Shown here: one piece after another, positions 1-10,124 of the stretch
How positions within the stretch are numbered: position 1 is the first letter of the stretch
How the letters are laid out: every line of letters begins with the position of its first letter
Virus record (IMG/VR): IMGVR_UViG_2654588027_000001
Reading direction: 5' to 3' (one strand)
Origin: a virus
Length of the DNA stretch: 64,000 nt
The notes under the pieces: generated by a model
Databases searched by the model: none
What the model was told of the DNA's origin: nothing
What the model saw: the letters and a program-made list of their open reading frames with translations, nothing else
Position numbers and translations under genes: made by a program

Positions 1-582
1 CTCATAGCTGCGGTAGTAGACGCCTGTCTTTTTTGCCGTCAGCGCAATTTCGGAAGCACTCTCCCCTTCTGCGATGGCGTCCTTGAAGGCATTATCGCCA
101 TTGGCAATCTGGAATTTGTACTTCACGGTCGTACCGTTGGTATCACCGGTCTTTTTGTCGATGCTACGCAGAGACGGGAACTTCAGAATGACGCGGACAC
201 GGTCTGCCTCATCGTTATCGATGGCAATCGTAACGTCGTGCATTCTTTTCAACTGGATGTTGACTGACTTCGGCGTTTCAACGAAATCGAACCCAGCCAT
301 CGGCGTCTGGTCTTGTGAACCATCGCGGAAGTCCCAGGTGATACCGCTAAAGTTTGAAGACCCGTCTTCGTTAAGGATTGGCAGATCATCAACGAAGATC
401 GACTTTGCACCATCCACCAGCCCGCCAATGACACCTTCCCCGAGCAGGTCGAGGATGGACGCCATAGCACGCGAGTTTACGGTATCGTCGGCTTCAACCG
501 GTGTGCGGCTGGAGCCACTGCTTTTCTTACCGCCAGCACCTGCAATCAGGAGAGGCAGTCTCTTCTTCTTGAACTGTTCCAT
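1..582 (-). CDS. J: Tail tip / host-specificity protein (lambda gpJ-like), N-terminal part; ORF runs off the window start
   Basis: Manual minus-strand translation from ATG at 582 gives MEQFKKKRLPLLIAGAGGKKSSGSSRTP...ILDLLGEGVIGGLVDGAKSIFVDDLPILNEDGSS. This matches the N-terminal pattern of lambda J (AISEGPIEGPVDGLKSVLLNSTPVL). It directly follows gene I in lambda order. Confidence 0.7.
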   Translation of the reverse strand, partial: MEQFKKKRLPLLIAGAGGKKSSGSSRTPVEADDTVNSRAMASILDLLGEGVIGGLVDGAKSIFVDDLPILNEDGSSNFSGITWDFRDGSQDQTPMAGFDFVETPKSVNIQLKRMHDVTIAIDNDEADRVRVILKFPSLRSIDKKTGDTNGTTVKYKFQIANGDNAFKDAIAEGESASEIALTAKKTGVYYRSYE

Positions 583-603
583 GTTCAAAAATTTCCCTTC
601 TTA

Positions 604-1191
604 CTAAAGCTGGTCGATGGTGATCGAAGAACTTACTACCTGTGAGCCGACCAGAATTTCCTCACCATAAATGAGCTGAACCGGGTTGCCCTGGTTAGTG
701 GTGTTTTGTGGTCCGTCGAAATAAAACGAGTTCGAGTTATCTGCCTGCCTTACACTGTCATTGGTCGCCTGGGGCGAAATTAACTGCGAAATACCCCCCA
801 TCATTAGCGACAAGCCGAGCGGGGCCAGCGCGGGAAACCAGAATGAGGCAACCATGACGAGTGCCCCTACGACTGTCTGAAACCAACCAAAAGCCTTACC
901 GCCGCTACCGCGAGGAACCGGCGTGATGCGGATCTTCGCGATGTTGTCGGACTGCCCCATCATTTGAAACTCGCTCTCATCAACCGACCACTTATGCCCC
1001 TGCTTATTGGTGATCTGGATGTGATACTTGTCGTAGGTCTTCATGTTGCGCTTCATCCAGGCTTTTAAGCCCGGACGATTGGCTTCGACCAGATCCAACG
1101 CCTGTTTGGTGTTGCGCACTTTTAAATGCCAGTGGCGGCCGAAATGTCTGGCCATCGGGCCACCAAGTTGCACATGAACTAACTCAGACAC
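604..1191 (-). CDS. I: Tail assembly protein I-like
   Basis: 195 aa between K and J in lambda order. Hydrophobic central segment and size fit gpI. Confidence 0.65.
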   Translation of the reverse strand: MSELVHVQLGGPMARHFGRHWHLKVRNTKQALDLVEANRPGLKAWMKRNMKTYDKYHIQITNKQGHKWSVDESEFQMMGQSDNIAKIRITPVPRGSGGKAFGWFQTVVGALVMVASFWFPALAPLGLSLMMGGISQLISPQATNDSVRQADNSNSFYFDGPQNTTNQGNPVQLIYGEEILVGSQVVSSSITIDQL

Positions 1192-1559
1192 GTCTCATCT
1201 CCCTTGAGTAAGTCTCTGTGACGCAGGTGGTGCGTCGTGTGTTTCTGGTACATGCCACCGTAATAAGCGCGACAGCTCAGACGGTCGATCTGGTGGTGCA
1301 GGATCATTCCGTCTCCGATGTACACCGCGCAGTGGTCAGGCATCTTTCCGTACTGAATGAAGAAGACGTCACCACGCTGGGGTTCCGTCCCCGGCGCCAG
1401 ACGAACAAGCCCTTCATTGCGGTAGTTCTGATCGAGAATGTCGGTATCGCCCGTGTACCACGATGGAATATGCAGGTGCGGGTTCGGATTCAGCTCGACG
1501 TTGAACTCACGCTTCAGGTAGTCGCGGCACAGCATCCAGCAGTCGAAGACACCGAACAC
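1179..1559 (-). CDS. K: Tail assembly protein K-like, C-terminal NlpC/P60 fragment, in a different frame from the JAMM part
   Basis: C...H...H pattern (DCWML, HCAVYIGDGMILHH). Overlaps the JAMM ORF by 46 nt out of frame. Confidence 0.6.
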   Translation of the reverse strand: MFGVFDCWMLCRDYLKREFNVELNPNPHLHIPSWYTGDTDILDQNYRNEGLVRLAPGTEPQRGDVFFIQYGKMPDHCAVYIGDGMILHHQIDRLSCRAYYGGMYQKHTTHHLRHRDLLKGDETCLS

Positions 1560-2002
1560 ATAGGGTCGACCCAGTAAGGCATCTCAAAGCCGTCTGGGGT
1601 GATCACATTCATCTCACTGAAGTGAAATGGCGCATCGCCCTCGACGTTCTTCCGAACAGCCAGAATCAGCCACGGAACTTCCGTTGCCTCGCATCCGGCG
1701 CGGTCGGCATCTGACGCATCAGCTGATTCGTCAGTGTGGGAGTGCCAGATGGCAACCACGTCTCCCGCATCTTCCGCTGCGATAATGTCGTCAGCGTGCA
1801 TCACAAACGTGTTTTCCGGGTTCTCCGACACGTTCCGGGCTTCCATGAAGCGATATTTCTCGCCAGTAGTACGCACCAGAAAGCCACACGCTTCGTTCGG
1901 GTAGCGTTTGATGGCTGTCAGATAGATTTCCTGCATAATGTCCGACCCAAGCTCAGGGAAAGCTCTATTACCCATAACGTGTTGCTCCAATGAATCCGCC
2001 AA
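1514..2002 (-). CDS. K: Tail assembly protein K-like, N-terminal JAMM/MPN fragment
   Basis: Metalloprotease motif AIWHSHTDESADASDAD (H-x-H...D) in the 162-aa ORF. Sits between L and I. Confidence 0.65.
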   Translation of the reverse strand: MADSLEQHVMGNRAFPELGSDIMQEIYLTAIKRYPNEACGFLVRTTGEKYRFMEARNVSENPENTFVMHADDIIAAEDAGDVVAIWHSHTDESADASDADRAGCEATEVPWLILAVRKNVEGDAPFHFSEMNVITPDGFEMPYWVDPMCSVSSTAGCCAATT

Positions 2003-2666
2003 AGTGGATTACGCCATTGGCAAAGTAGTTACGGCGTGCGTTGCATGAGTCGTAGCGTTTCGTGCAGTAATCCGCGCCTGACATGGTGGTTTGCTGGTTG
2101 TTTTTGTCGAAATAGGGGCCGGTATAGCCGCACTCTGGGCCGCGGTATTTCCACGGGCAGGTGTTTTTGATGATCTGGCGGTACGGCAGTTGCACGCCCA
2201 TCAGATCGAACACGCTCGACAGCTCAAACTCGACAACCTCATGGGTTTCAAGAGTCTTCTGCTCGACGAACCACATCTCATCGGGAAAATGCTGATTCGG
2301 ATCTGCGGTCGGATTTCCGTCTTTGAAGTTGGCCGCGTCGAGAAAACGCGCCAGCGTCATCTTGCGGATGATGCGACAACCCACCAGATAGTCATTTGCC
2401 TGGACTTCAGCGGAGACGGTTCCGGCAAAGTTGGAGACCTGGATTTTTGGACGCGGCAAAGTACCCTGACCAGTCTTATCAAAGCCTGACGCCTTGATTG
2501 GCCACGGTTCGTAGGACACACCTTGCCAAACGACTGGCTCCATCAGTTCGTTTGTACCGGCGTGGAAAAACAGCTTGCCCCCAGAGGTGGTGTTCGACAT
2601 ATCAAGTTCGAACAGCTCAATGAGCGCGGAGGGCGACAAGCTCTGAATATCAGCTTTAATACCCAT
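1968..2666 (-). CDS. L: Minor tail protein L-like
   Basis: WQGVSYEPWPIKASGFD and TCPWKYRGPECGYTGP match lambda gpL signatures. Start chosen at MGIKADIQ, preceded by AAGGAAG; the ORF extends to 2699. Confidence 0.8.
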   Translation of the reverse strand: MGIKADIQSLSPSALIELFELDMSNTTSGGKLFFHAGTNELMEPVVWQGVSYEPWPIKASGFDKTGQGTLPRPKIQVSNFAGTVSAEVQANDYLVGCRIIRKMTLARFLDAANFKDGNPTADPNQHFPDEMWFVEQKTLETHEVVEFELSSVFDLMGVQLPYRQIIKNTCPWKYRGPECGYTGPYFDKNNQQTTMSGADYCTKRYDSCNARRNYFANGVIHFGGFIGATRYG

Positions 2667-2755
2667 CGTTTCTTCCTTGAAATAAAGAGGCGCCAACATC
2701 CTGTCAGCGCCTATAGATAATAGTAAATAAGCACCTACTTATCTAGTGGGTTAAA

Positions 2756-3091
2756 TTATCCTTCATAAATTTGTCGGAAGGTCGCAGTGAGAACGAGATA
2801 GCCCTGATAACGCTTCACAGTATGGCTGTCGCACACCACAACCATCTTTTTGCCTCGAGGGTTCGTCCAGTAGAACGACTCAACGGCCGCGCGTGCCGTC
2901 AGAAAGTCATCGACGGCATTGATGACGTCATAAGAACGCGTAAAAGTAAGGCTCCACTCTTCTTTAATGCGATTAAGCCCTTTTGCCTGACGCTGTTCGT
3001 AATCGTCACCGAAATTCAGCACCGTCACGTTAGGCTTCACGGTCTTTTCCGACTCGTAGTCGGGATACCAGTTAAAAGTCAGTCTTTCCAT
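2756..3091 (-). CDS. M: Minor tail protein M-like
   Basis: 111 aa, position between tape measure and L. Size and pattern fit gpM. Confidence 0.7.
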   Translation of the reverse strand: MERLTFNWYPDYESEKTVKPNVTVLNFGDDYEQRQAKGLNRIKEEWSLTFTRSYDVINAVDDFLTARAAVESFYWTNPRGKKMVVVCDSHTVKRYQGYLVLTATFRQIYEG

Positions 3092-3132
3092 CTCACATCC
3101 TTGTGAGACCGCCCCTTCCGGGGCAGCCGTGG

Positions 3133-6100
3133 TTAGTTACGTTGAGAGTTAGGGTTGAGCGAACCGCCTGGCCGCTTCTCCTGAGCGATGGTTTCAAGCG
3201 CGATCGCCTTCATGCGCTGCGCAGCCTGACTCCATGCGCCTTCGGAATTGCTGTTCTCCGAGACACTGCCGTCGCTGTTGACGTTGATTTCAATGCTGAC
3301 AGGTGAGAAAACGCCGCCGCCTTTAACACCCTCTGCGTTGAGCGTGACCGGGATGGAACGCCCATCCGGAAGAGGAACGTAGGCTTCGTTCATATCCCCT
3401 TCGCCAAATAACGCCAGCTGTGGAGAGTCAGCGATGCCACCTTTCTGGTAAGCACGCAGCGGAACCACGCCGTCTTTCCCGAAAATGCCGCCTTTGGCGA
3501 ACTTCGGGATTGCCGGAATGCCGCCAGTACCATCAGATGCCGATCCGGTGAGATTGTTGAATCCGGAGTTAGAGCCGGAGGAACCAGATCCGATGTTATC
3601 GAAGCCACCACCAGCCCAGGCAGACACCAGCCCGGAGGCAATGGTAGCGCCGAAACTCAACCACTTATTGCCAGAGCCGGACATGTTTGCGCCCAGCATA
3701 GCAAACGCGGCAGAAAGCGCCCCCGTGACAGAGCTAAGGTTCTGCATGGAGAAGATGGACGTCTTCACCGCTTTGGTTTCCGCGTCTTTGGCTTCAGTAC
3801 TGGTGAACAGTCCATTTACCCAGTTGCCGATCGCGTTGGTTGCAGAACCAATCGCGCTGGTCGTCTGCTGAGTGGTCTGCCCCAGACCGGAGACCGAGCT
3901 GGAGGTCTCTTTCGTCGCCTCACCCACGCTCTTATCGCCGTTGACCGCATTCATCCGGACGCCCTGGTTGGCAACCGCAGACGCGACACCAGAAAGCAGA
4001 TTGCCACTCTGAGAGCTGCCCGCTGCCGTCGTCCCCATCCCCAGCATGTTCATGAGAGGTAGAGTGATCTGCGTCTTCACAACCATGTTGGTGATGTCGC
4101 GGAGAATGGACTCTGCCAGGCTGGAGAAGTCCAGTTTCCCCTTCATGACGAAGTCGGTCAGCGTATCCGTCATGTTGCTGAACAGGTTGCTCCAGCTGTT
4201 TTCCAGCTGTTCGGCCAGATTCTCGTACTCAAGCGCCAGCTTCTGTGTCGCCGTACCCGTCTCTTTGATGAGCGCGGTGTTGCCTGCCGCCACCAGCTGG
4301 TTAATCTGCTTGGTGTAGAGCGCCACGATTTTCGGATCAGAAGCCTGGTCACGCAAATCCATCAACGCTTTCAGATTACGGTTGTAGGTGTCGTTGAAAT
4401 CGGCCACCTTCTCTTCACGAGACGGCTTGTAACCCGCGCTGATGATGGAATCGGATTCCGGCGCCCAGGTGGAGATCATCTGCTCGACGTTGCGGCGGTT
4501 GAACATCTCGCGATAGTCGTCGCTCGCGTTCGCCAGGTCAGCGAGGCGTGACTTGGCTTTGTCGATCATCTCCTGAGTGATGAACTCATTCGGTACGGCG
4601 TTGGCCAGTTCGGTCAGCGATTTGGTGGTATCGCGGAGAGACTGGTCAAACGACACGGTCGCTTTTGAGCTTTCCCCCATCTGCCCCATAAGCTGATCGG
4701 CTTTATCCAGGGCTTTCTGGTAGCCGGCCGCCAGCTTACGCTGCGCATTTTCTTCCTTCCTCGCGGCACGCTGAGAAGCATTGGCAGTACGCTGCCCGGC
4801 TTTTTCCGCTGCTGCTGCGTCCTGCTCACGCGCTTTGGTCAGTGCGGCGATCGCGGCAGCACGTTCCTCGTCGCTCATTTTCTCCAGAGAGCTGGCGCTG
4901 GAGGCTTTCTGCAGGTTCAGCTGGGTTTTGAGCTGTTTCGGCCCGATGATCGGCTTGCCTTCGAAGTCCAGCATCGCCGTACCGTCTGGCAGTGTGCGCT
5001 GGTAGGTCGCGGAGTCCATCTGGTTCCGCATATACTGCGCCAGTGCTTTCTGAGCCGCCTTATCGGTCGTCCCCAACCCCAGAACGGTGCCCTGGTTGGA
5101 CATTACGCCCTTACCGGTTTTCGCCGCGCTATCACGCTCGAACTCCGCCTGAGTCAGCTCCTGAGCTACAGCTTCAAGATGCTCCTGATACCCGCGGATG
5201 CTGCCCTGCAGCTTCTGAACCTGCTCGGTGTTCCCCTCTTTCTTCGCTTTCTCCAGCATGTCGCTGAAGTGGGCAATTTGCTTCTCGGTGGCGTTTTTAC
5301 GAGAAGACAGGTCGTAGACCAGCTTCTGTGCCGGTTCCAGATAGGACTTGTTCACCTTCTCGCGAAGCGGTGCAAGCAGCTTGTTCTTCTCGTCGTCCGA
5401 AAGCGATTTGTCGTCGTTGATTTTCTGGATCTTATCCAGAGCCTCCTGACGGGCTTTCACAAACGTCGCAGAGAAGACCTGGTTATCTGCCCGGATTTTC
5501 TCAATCTGGGATTCGGCAGCTTCTTTTGCCAGGCGTTTGGCCACTGCGCCATCACCCAGCGCCATCGTGCCGGTTGTTCTTTCGTACTCTTCCTGATTTT
5601 TCTTCAGGCGAGCCTCAACAACCTCTTTGGACTCCTTCACGGCGACAGGGCCAGCCGCTGTGGAGTAGTAGTTCACGCTTTCGCCAGTTTTAAGCGCCTG
5701 CTGGTCTCGCTGGATCTGCTTTTCAAGCTCGGCTGCACGCGCTGCCATCTGCGCACGCTTGGCCGCCGTCATCGCCTCCGGGATTTTGCGGATCTCGTCC
5801 ACGACTTTGGACGTTTCGCTGCGGAGCATGGTCATATACGTGATAAGACCGGCCACAGCCACGGTAGCTACGGTGAACGCTGCACCAATTGGGTTTGCTG
5901 CAATGAACGCAGTTAGCCCAGCAAACGCGCCCTGAAGCCCCGTAATCGCGCCACGGATAGCGAAGATCAGCGATGGGATTGGGGCCAGCCCCATACGAGC
6001 CGCACGATTAAAGCGGGTGACAGCTGTCGCGCCCAGATTGAACGGAGCCTGGAGAACGGTCGACATCTTGGTAAATGTGTTAACCATTTGCCCGGCAGTG

Positions 6101-7731
6101 CCAATCACGCCTGCAATCCCGGCACGCATCAGCTTGAACGCCACCATTGCGGCAACGACTTTGCCCAGGCTGATAACCAGCTCCTGGTTTTTAGCCAGCC
6201 ACTGCGCCAGCTCGCGTAAGCCGTCGATCGCCGTGGAGAGTCCGGAACCCAGCGAGTTAGCGAACGAAATGCCTTCAGCGCTGTTCATGATGGAAGCAAG
6301 CTCTTTCATCCCCTTTGTGAGAGAATCCAGATAGCCCGCCTGACCGACACGATCGGCAAACAGCGTAAAGGAGGTTTGCAGTTGCGCCAGCGCACCGGTG
6401 TAGGTTTGCATCATGTCTTTGGCGGCGTTTTCGTTCTCCGCACGCAGACCAACGAACATCAGCGATAGCGCCTGTTTCGCTTCCACAGTACCGGTGGAGA
6501 CTGCTTTGGTCAGTTCCCCCATAGTGATACCGGCAGCGTCTGCCATCGCCTTCATCGCGTTAGGAACGGCTTCACCTAATTGCTGACGCAGTTCTTCCAT
6601 CGACACGACGCCCTTACCGGACATCTGCTGGACAGCCACGGCAGCACGTTTAAGCAGTTCGCTATCGCCGCCGAAGCGTGCAACGGAGTCCACCAGTGCT
6701 TTCAGCGATCCGTCAGTAGGATCGAGACCTGCCGAGCGAAATTTAACGAAGGAATCGGTCAGCGCCTGCATCGCAAACGGGGCGTTTTGCGCCATATCCA
6801 CGATGTACTGCATATCCTCTGCGGCGGCTTTTCCAGGGTTGGCCTTATCCTTGTTCAGCCCGCGCAACATGACACGCATACGCTCCATTTCGGAGGCGGC
6901 TTCGATGATTGGCTTCTGCCAGCCGAACAGGATGTCAGTTACCGTTCTTGCCGCATCACCAATCTCGCCAAGCAAGAAAATGTTGCCGCGCAGACCAGAG
7001 AACACACCACTTTCAGCACTACGCCCGCCGTGGCCATAGGAACCGCTGTGTCGACCTCCACCGCCATTACCACCGCCATCACCGTAGCTACTGGTGCGTA
7101 CACGTACCGGCTTGCTGATCAGTTGCTGGCGGCCAATCACCGCATCCATCTGATCGCGGACTTTCTTCAGCCCCTCAGCAGCCTGGCTCGTTGTGACACC
7201 CCAATTACTGAGACGCTTTGTCGTGGTGTTAAGACGCGTATTCATGCCGCTCACGGATGCAGAGGCTTCTTTTACCTCCGTACCGAAGCGGCTGGCGCTC
7301 TTGCCAGCGAACGTTGCCCAATCGGAAAACTCATTGAGTTCAGACTGAACCTTGCGCAGCGATGTGGTGAGCTTATTAACGGATGAGGTGGTTGTGTCGA
7401 CGCGCTCAATCAGGGTTTTGAGACCTGAGTTGAGGCTGGTAATGCTGCCTCGCGTCTTGCGCGAAACATCAGACACAAGCTCGAAGCCGGCAGCTACATC
7501 CTGTAGTTTTTCTGCCGTGACATCGAGCTTGGACTCCAGAACGCCGATGATGCGGGAGACCGAACCCAACGAGCGTTCCAGATTGTTAATTTTCTGAGCT
7601 GGCTTTGTGGCCTGCTCCCCGAATCTGGTAAGTAGCTTACCCGCCCGGTCGATTGACGCTGTAAACTGCTTGTCTTCCAGCGACAGGATAAACTCTACGT
7701 TTTGTGACATTCCCTTGTCATCCTCTGCCAA
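3133..7731 (-). CDS. H: Tail tape measure protein (1532 aa)
   Basis: Very long mostly alpha-helical/coiled-coil ORF with a Gly-rich segment, between G/T and M. Confidence 0.85.
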   Translation of the reverse strand: MAEDDKGMSQNVEFILSLEDKQFTASIDRAGKLLTRFGEQATKPAQKINNLERSLGSVSRIIGVLESKLDVTAEKLQDVAAGFELVSDVSRKTRGSITSLNSGLKTLIERVDTTTSSVNKLTTSLRKVQSELNEFSDWATFAGKSASRFGTEVKEASASVSGMNTRLNTTTKRLSNWGVTTSQAAEGLKKVRDQMDAVIGRQQLISKPVRVRTSSYGDGGGNGGGGRHSGSYGHGGRSAESGVFSGLRGNIFLLGEIGDAARTVTDILFGWQKPIIEAASEMERMRVMLRGLNKDKANPGKAAAEDMQYIVDMAQNAPFAMQALTDSFVKFRSAGLDPTDGSLKALVDSVARFGGDSELLKRAAVAVQQMSGKGVVSMEELRQQLGEAVPNAMKAMADAAGITMGELTKAVSTGTVEAKQALSLMFVGLRAENENAAKDMMQTYTGALAQLQTSFTLFADRVGQAGYLDSLTKGMKELASIMNSAEGISFANSLGSGLSTAIDGLRELAQWLAKNQELVISLGKVVAAMVAFKLMRAGIAGVIGTAGQMVNTFTKMSTVLQAPFNLGATAVTRFNRAARMGLAPIPSLIFAIRGAITGLQGAFAGLTAFIAANPIGAAFTVATVAVAGLITYMTMLRSETSKVVDEIRKIPEAMTAAKRAQMAARAAELEKQIQRDQQALKTGESVNYYSTAAGPVAVKESKEVVEARLKKNQEEYERTTGTMALGDGAVAKRLAKEAAESQIEKIRADNQVFSATFVKARQEALDKIQKINDDKSLSDDEKNKLLAPLREKVNKSYLEPAQKLVYDLSSRKNATEKQIAHFSDMLEKAKKEGNTEQVQKLQGSIRGYQEHLEAVAQELTQAEFERDSAAKTGKGVMSNQGTVLGLGTTDKAAQKALAQYMRNQMDSATYQRTLPDGTAMLDFEGKPIIGPKQLKTQLNLQKASSASSLEKMSDEERAAAIAALTKAREQDAAAAEKAGQRTANASQRAARKEENAQRKLAAGYQKALDKADQLMGQMGESSKATVSFDQSLRDTTKSLTELANAVPNEFITQEMIDKAKSRLADLANASDDYREMFNRRNVEQMISTWAPESDSIISAGYKPSREEKVADFNDTYNRNLKALMDLRDQASDPKIVALYTKQINQLVAAGNTALIKETGTATQKLALEYENLAEQLENSWSNLFSNMTDTLTDFVMKGKLDFSSLAESILRDITNMVVKTQITLPLMNMLGMGTTAAGSSQSGNLLSGVASAVANQGVRMNAVNGDKSVGEATKETSSSVSGLGQTTQQTTSAIGSATNAIGNWVNGLFTSTEAKDAETKAVKTSIFSMQNLSSVTGALSAAFAMLGANMSGSGNKWLSFGATIASGLVSAWAGGGFDNIGSGSSGSNSGFNNLTGSASDGTGGIPAIPKFAKGGIFGKDGVVPLRAYQKGGIADSPQLALFGEGDMNEAYVPLPDGRSIPVTLNAEGVKGGGVFSPVSIEINVNSDGSVSENSNSEGAWSQAAQRMKAIALETIAQEKRPGGSLNPNSQRN

Positions 7732-7987
7732 AAATTTGCATCAGTTGCTCTTTGGCGTCAGGGTCTGCCTTATCCTTGCGTGGATCGTAGACTTTATCGG
7801 TTACGACTGGTCTTCCAATCCTGAGTTGCAAACCCTCCATGAACGCCTTTACGCCCTCGCCATCTGCCTGGGCAGCGCGAGCGACTTGCAGGTTGCGGAC
7901 ATCCTCTTCCGCACGCAGACGGTCGATGTTGCGACTGAGCATCCAGAACATCGTTAGAGGGACGCCCAGCAGCTCTAATGGCGACAC
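7718..7987 (-). CDS. T: Tail assembly chaperone T-portion (expected only as a G-T fusion by -1 frameshift)
   Basis: ORF in the -1 frame relative to G. Its frame is open from 13 nt upstream of the G stop. Confidence 0.5.
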   Translation of the reverse strand: MSPLELLGVPLTMFWMLSRNIDRLRAEEDVRNLQVARAAQADGEGVKAFMEGLQLRIGRPVVTDKVYDPRKDKADPDAKEQLMQIFGRG

Positions 7988-8067
7988 GGCGTAGTGAGCA
8001 ACTACACGACTGAAATAGAATCCGAGATCTATCGATACGGTCTTTACCCCGGATTCATCGCGGGAAA

Positions 8068-8385
8068 TTACTTTGCCCCTTCACCAGCCGCTTTTTCGTT
8101 CTCTTCATCAATCACTTCCATAGCGAAGGTGAAGATCTGCTGGAGCTGCGGAACAGTCAGTTTTTCCAGTACAGCGTCCGGCACGGATGGGATGACCTTG
8201 CGAACCAGGTCGGCGTAAGCAGTAACCTGCTCAACAGGCGACATATTCTGGAGGTCTTTGCCTTCCATCTGCTTGATAGAGACGAACAGGCCAACAGTCA
8301 TTTCAACGATGGGATATTCCTGACCGCCGAACTTGATGCTTTTCTTCGGAGGCAGAATGGAGTCGAGATCGAGTAATTTGGTCAT
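8068..8385 (-). CDS. G: Tail assembly chaperone G-like
   Basis: 105-aa acidic protein between the major tail gene and the T frame/tape measure. Classic lambda arrangement. Confidence 0.55.
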   Translation of the reverse strand: MTKLLDLDSILPPKKSIKFGGQEYPIVEMTVGLFVSIKQMEGKDLQNMSPVEQVTAYADLVRKVIPSVPDAVLEKLTVPQLQQIFTFAMEVIDEENEKAAGEGAK

Positions 8386-8444
8386 TGGTTAAAGTCCTTT
8401 TAAAAGAGAGGCTCTTCCTGAGCCTCTGCTTAATTACGTCGCGA

Positions 8445-9191
8445 TTATTGGGCAGAATTAACCGTTACTGCTTTGGTCGCTTTCTTGCCGCCGCTATTGC
8501 TGGTAAAGGAGATATTTGCCGAACCTTCAGCTACTCCGCGAACCAGACCAGTCTGGTCAACGGTTGCTTTCTCCTGATTGTCGGATTCCCACACACCGGT
8601 TTTGTCGCCGGCATCTGCAGGGGTGATCTGGGCAGTCAGTTGCACGGTCTCACCGGCTTTAACTTCCGGAGATTCCGGAGAGATAGAGACGGTTTTAACC
8701 GGCTTTGGGCCGCTCATTTTCCCCAGCACGCCGTCGTCATCCGGGTAAGCGGTGAACTGAACGGAGAACACGCGAACATCATCAGACTGGTAGGTCATGG
8801 TGAAGTTACCTGCGGTTGCAGCTTTCGGGATGGTCAGGACATAGTCGGTGGTATCTTGCGGGGTCAGAACCAGCTCTTTGGCTACGTCGATCAGGTTGAC
8901 GCCCTGTGCGGAAGTGATGGTCACAGAGTTCTCTTCTTCGCTCAGGGTAGAACCCGGCATCAGATCGACCATATTCTGCAACACAGACTCGGCCAGCGGC
9001 GCAGTGATAGTGATGTTACGACCCTGTACCAGCTCGGAGATGGTGGTCTGCCCCAGCTGGTCTACGGTGACTTTCAGAGTTTCGGTCGCAACTTCAACCT
9101 GAACACCGCCTTTGGTGTAACCCAGATCAACGCCACCAAACGACACTTTGCAGGCGCCAAGTTTGATGTTTTTTACATGGGTATTGGACAT
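8445..9191 (-). CDS. V: Major tail protein V-like with C-terminal Ig-like (Big_2) domain
   Basis: 248 aa. C-terminal VKTVSISPESPEVKAGETVQLTAQITPADAGDKTGVWESDNQEKATVDQTGLVRGVAEGSANI is a Big_2 fold as in lambda gpV. RBS AAGGAG precedes the start. Confidence 0.8.
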   Translation of the reverse strand: MSNTHVKNIKLGACKVSFGGVDLGYTKGGVQVEVATETLKVTVDQLGQTTISELVQGRNITITAPLAESVLQNMVDLMPGSTLSEEENSVTITSAQGVNLIDVAKELVLTPQDTTDYVLTIPKAATAGNFTMTYQSDDVRVFSVQFTAYPDDDGVLGKMSGPKPVKTVSISPESPEVKAGETVQLTAQITPADAGDKTGVWESDNQEKATVDQTGLVRGVAEGSANISFTSNSGGKKATKAVTVNSAQ

Positions 9192-9265
9192 TTTTGGAAA
9201 ACTCCTTTTTCCGTTAAATCAGCACCTTCATGGTGTTAATGATAAGTATATACTTACCTATTTTA

Positions 9266-9649
9266 TTAATTCAACAAATAGCCCGCAAATTCAATCGGGA
9301 TACCCGCTTCAATCAACGAACCTTCATTTTTGGGATAAGTAATCGGCATCGACATTGGTCGAACCAACCGGAAGTAAACGCCATCTGACACGGTTTCTTC
9401 GACCGGGAACATGTCCATGATCTTATTGGCTTTCGCCACCGTCTTTGTAATCGTCGCATTACGCACGATGACGGTGAAAGAGTCGTGATAGAAGCCTTTT
9501 AACTCATGGTCAATGGTGATCCCCGTATTGGGAGTAACCAACAGAACACCGGACTTCACATTGGCTGGCATGTAGTGACAGAAAATGTCAGTGCCGACTG
9601 TACCGATCTTCGCCTTCTGCATCAGGCTCGCAAATGCTTCAATAAACAC
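9266..9649 (-). CDS. Tail terminator (gpU-position protein)
   Basis: 127 aa immediately upstream of the major tail gene. Positional inference only. Confidence 0.4.
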   Translation of the reverse strand: MFIEAFASLMQKAKIGTVGTDIFCHYMPANVKSGVLLVTPNTGITIDHELKGFYHDSFTVIVRNATITKTVAKANKIMDMFPVEETVSDGVYFRLVRPMSMPITYPKNEGSLIEAGIPIEFAGYLLN

Positions 9650-9650
9650 A

Positions 9651-10124
9651 TCAACCTCTCGTAAAACCTGCTTTCCTTGCCGCTTCTGCTATCGTCTGAG
9701 TGAACTGTTTCTCACTGATCTGCACGGCTCTCTCAAGGAACAAAGGCCCAACTCGTGGCTTCACTCCAGCAACTGGCGGGTTGGTGACGCTCTTCATGCG
9801 GGATAGATAGCCGAGACGATACTTGCCCAACTCCATGTACTCCGCATAATCGCCAACCTCAACGCCCGGATGACCTTCGCGTGGTTTGGCTCCAGATACC
9901 GATAACTCAATACGCAGCCCGGTATAGCCTTCTTTGACAACTCTCGCGAAGATCGCGCTTTCGAGTGAGCCAGTCTCCAGCGGGGCCATTGCCCGCGCCA
10001 GACGCTCAACCAGACGCGCCAGCTTCTCCATGTCACGGATGAGATAACGCTTAAAGGCTTTCTGGCTGTTATTGAGCCTGTCGCCAGCACGCTTAAAATG
10101 ATGCGCGTCGTACTTCAGACCCAT
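9651..10124 (-). CDS. Tail completion / head-tail joining protein (gpZ-position)
   Basis: 157 aa, synteny only. Confidence 0.3.
   Translation of the reverse strand: MGLKYDAHHFKRAGDRLNNSQKAFKRYLIRDMEKLARLVERLARAMAPLETGSLESAIFARVVKEGYTGLRIELSVSGAKPREGHPGVEVGDYAEYMELGKYRLGYLSRMKSVTNPPVAGVKPRVGPLFLERAVQISEKQFTQTIAEAARKAGFTRG

Noticed and set aside
74-607. 177-aa plus-strand ORF at the window start
   Set aside because: It overlaps the minus-strand J N-terminus, which translates into a clean lambda-J-like sequence. The plus ORF is Ser/Pro/Arg-rich junk.
5179-7386. Plus-strand ORFs of 245 and 268 aa inside the tape measure region
   Set aside because: They are antisense to a 1532-aa ORF with coherent coiled-coil composition. 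They have no start context or motifs.
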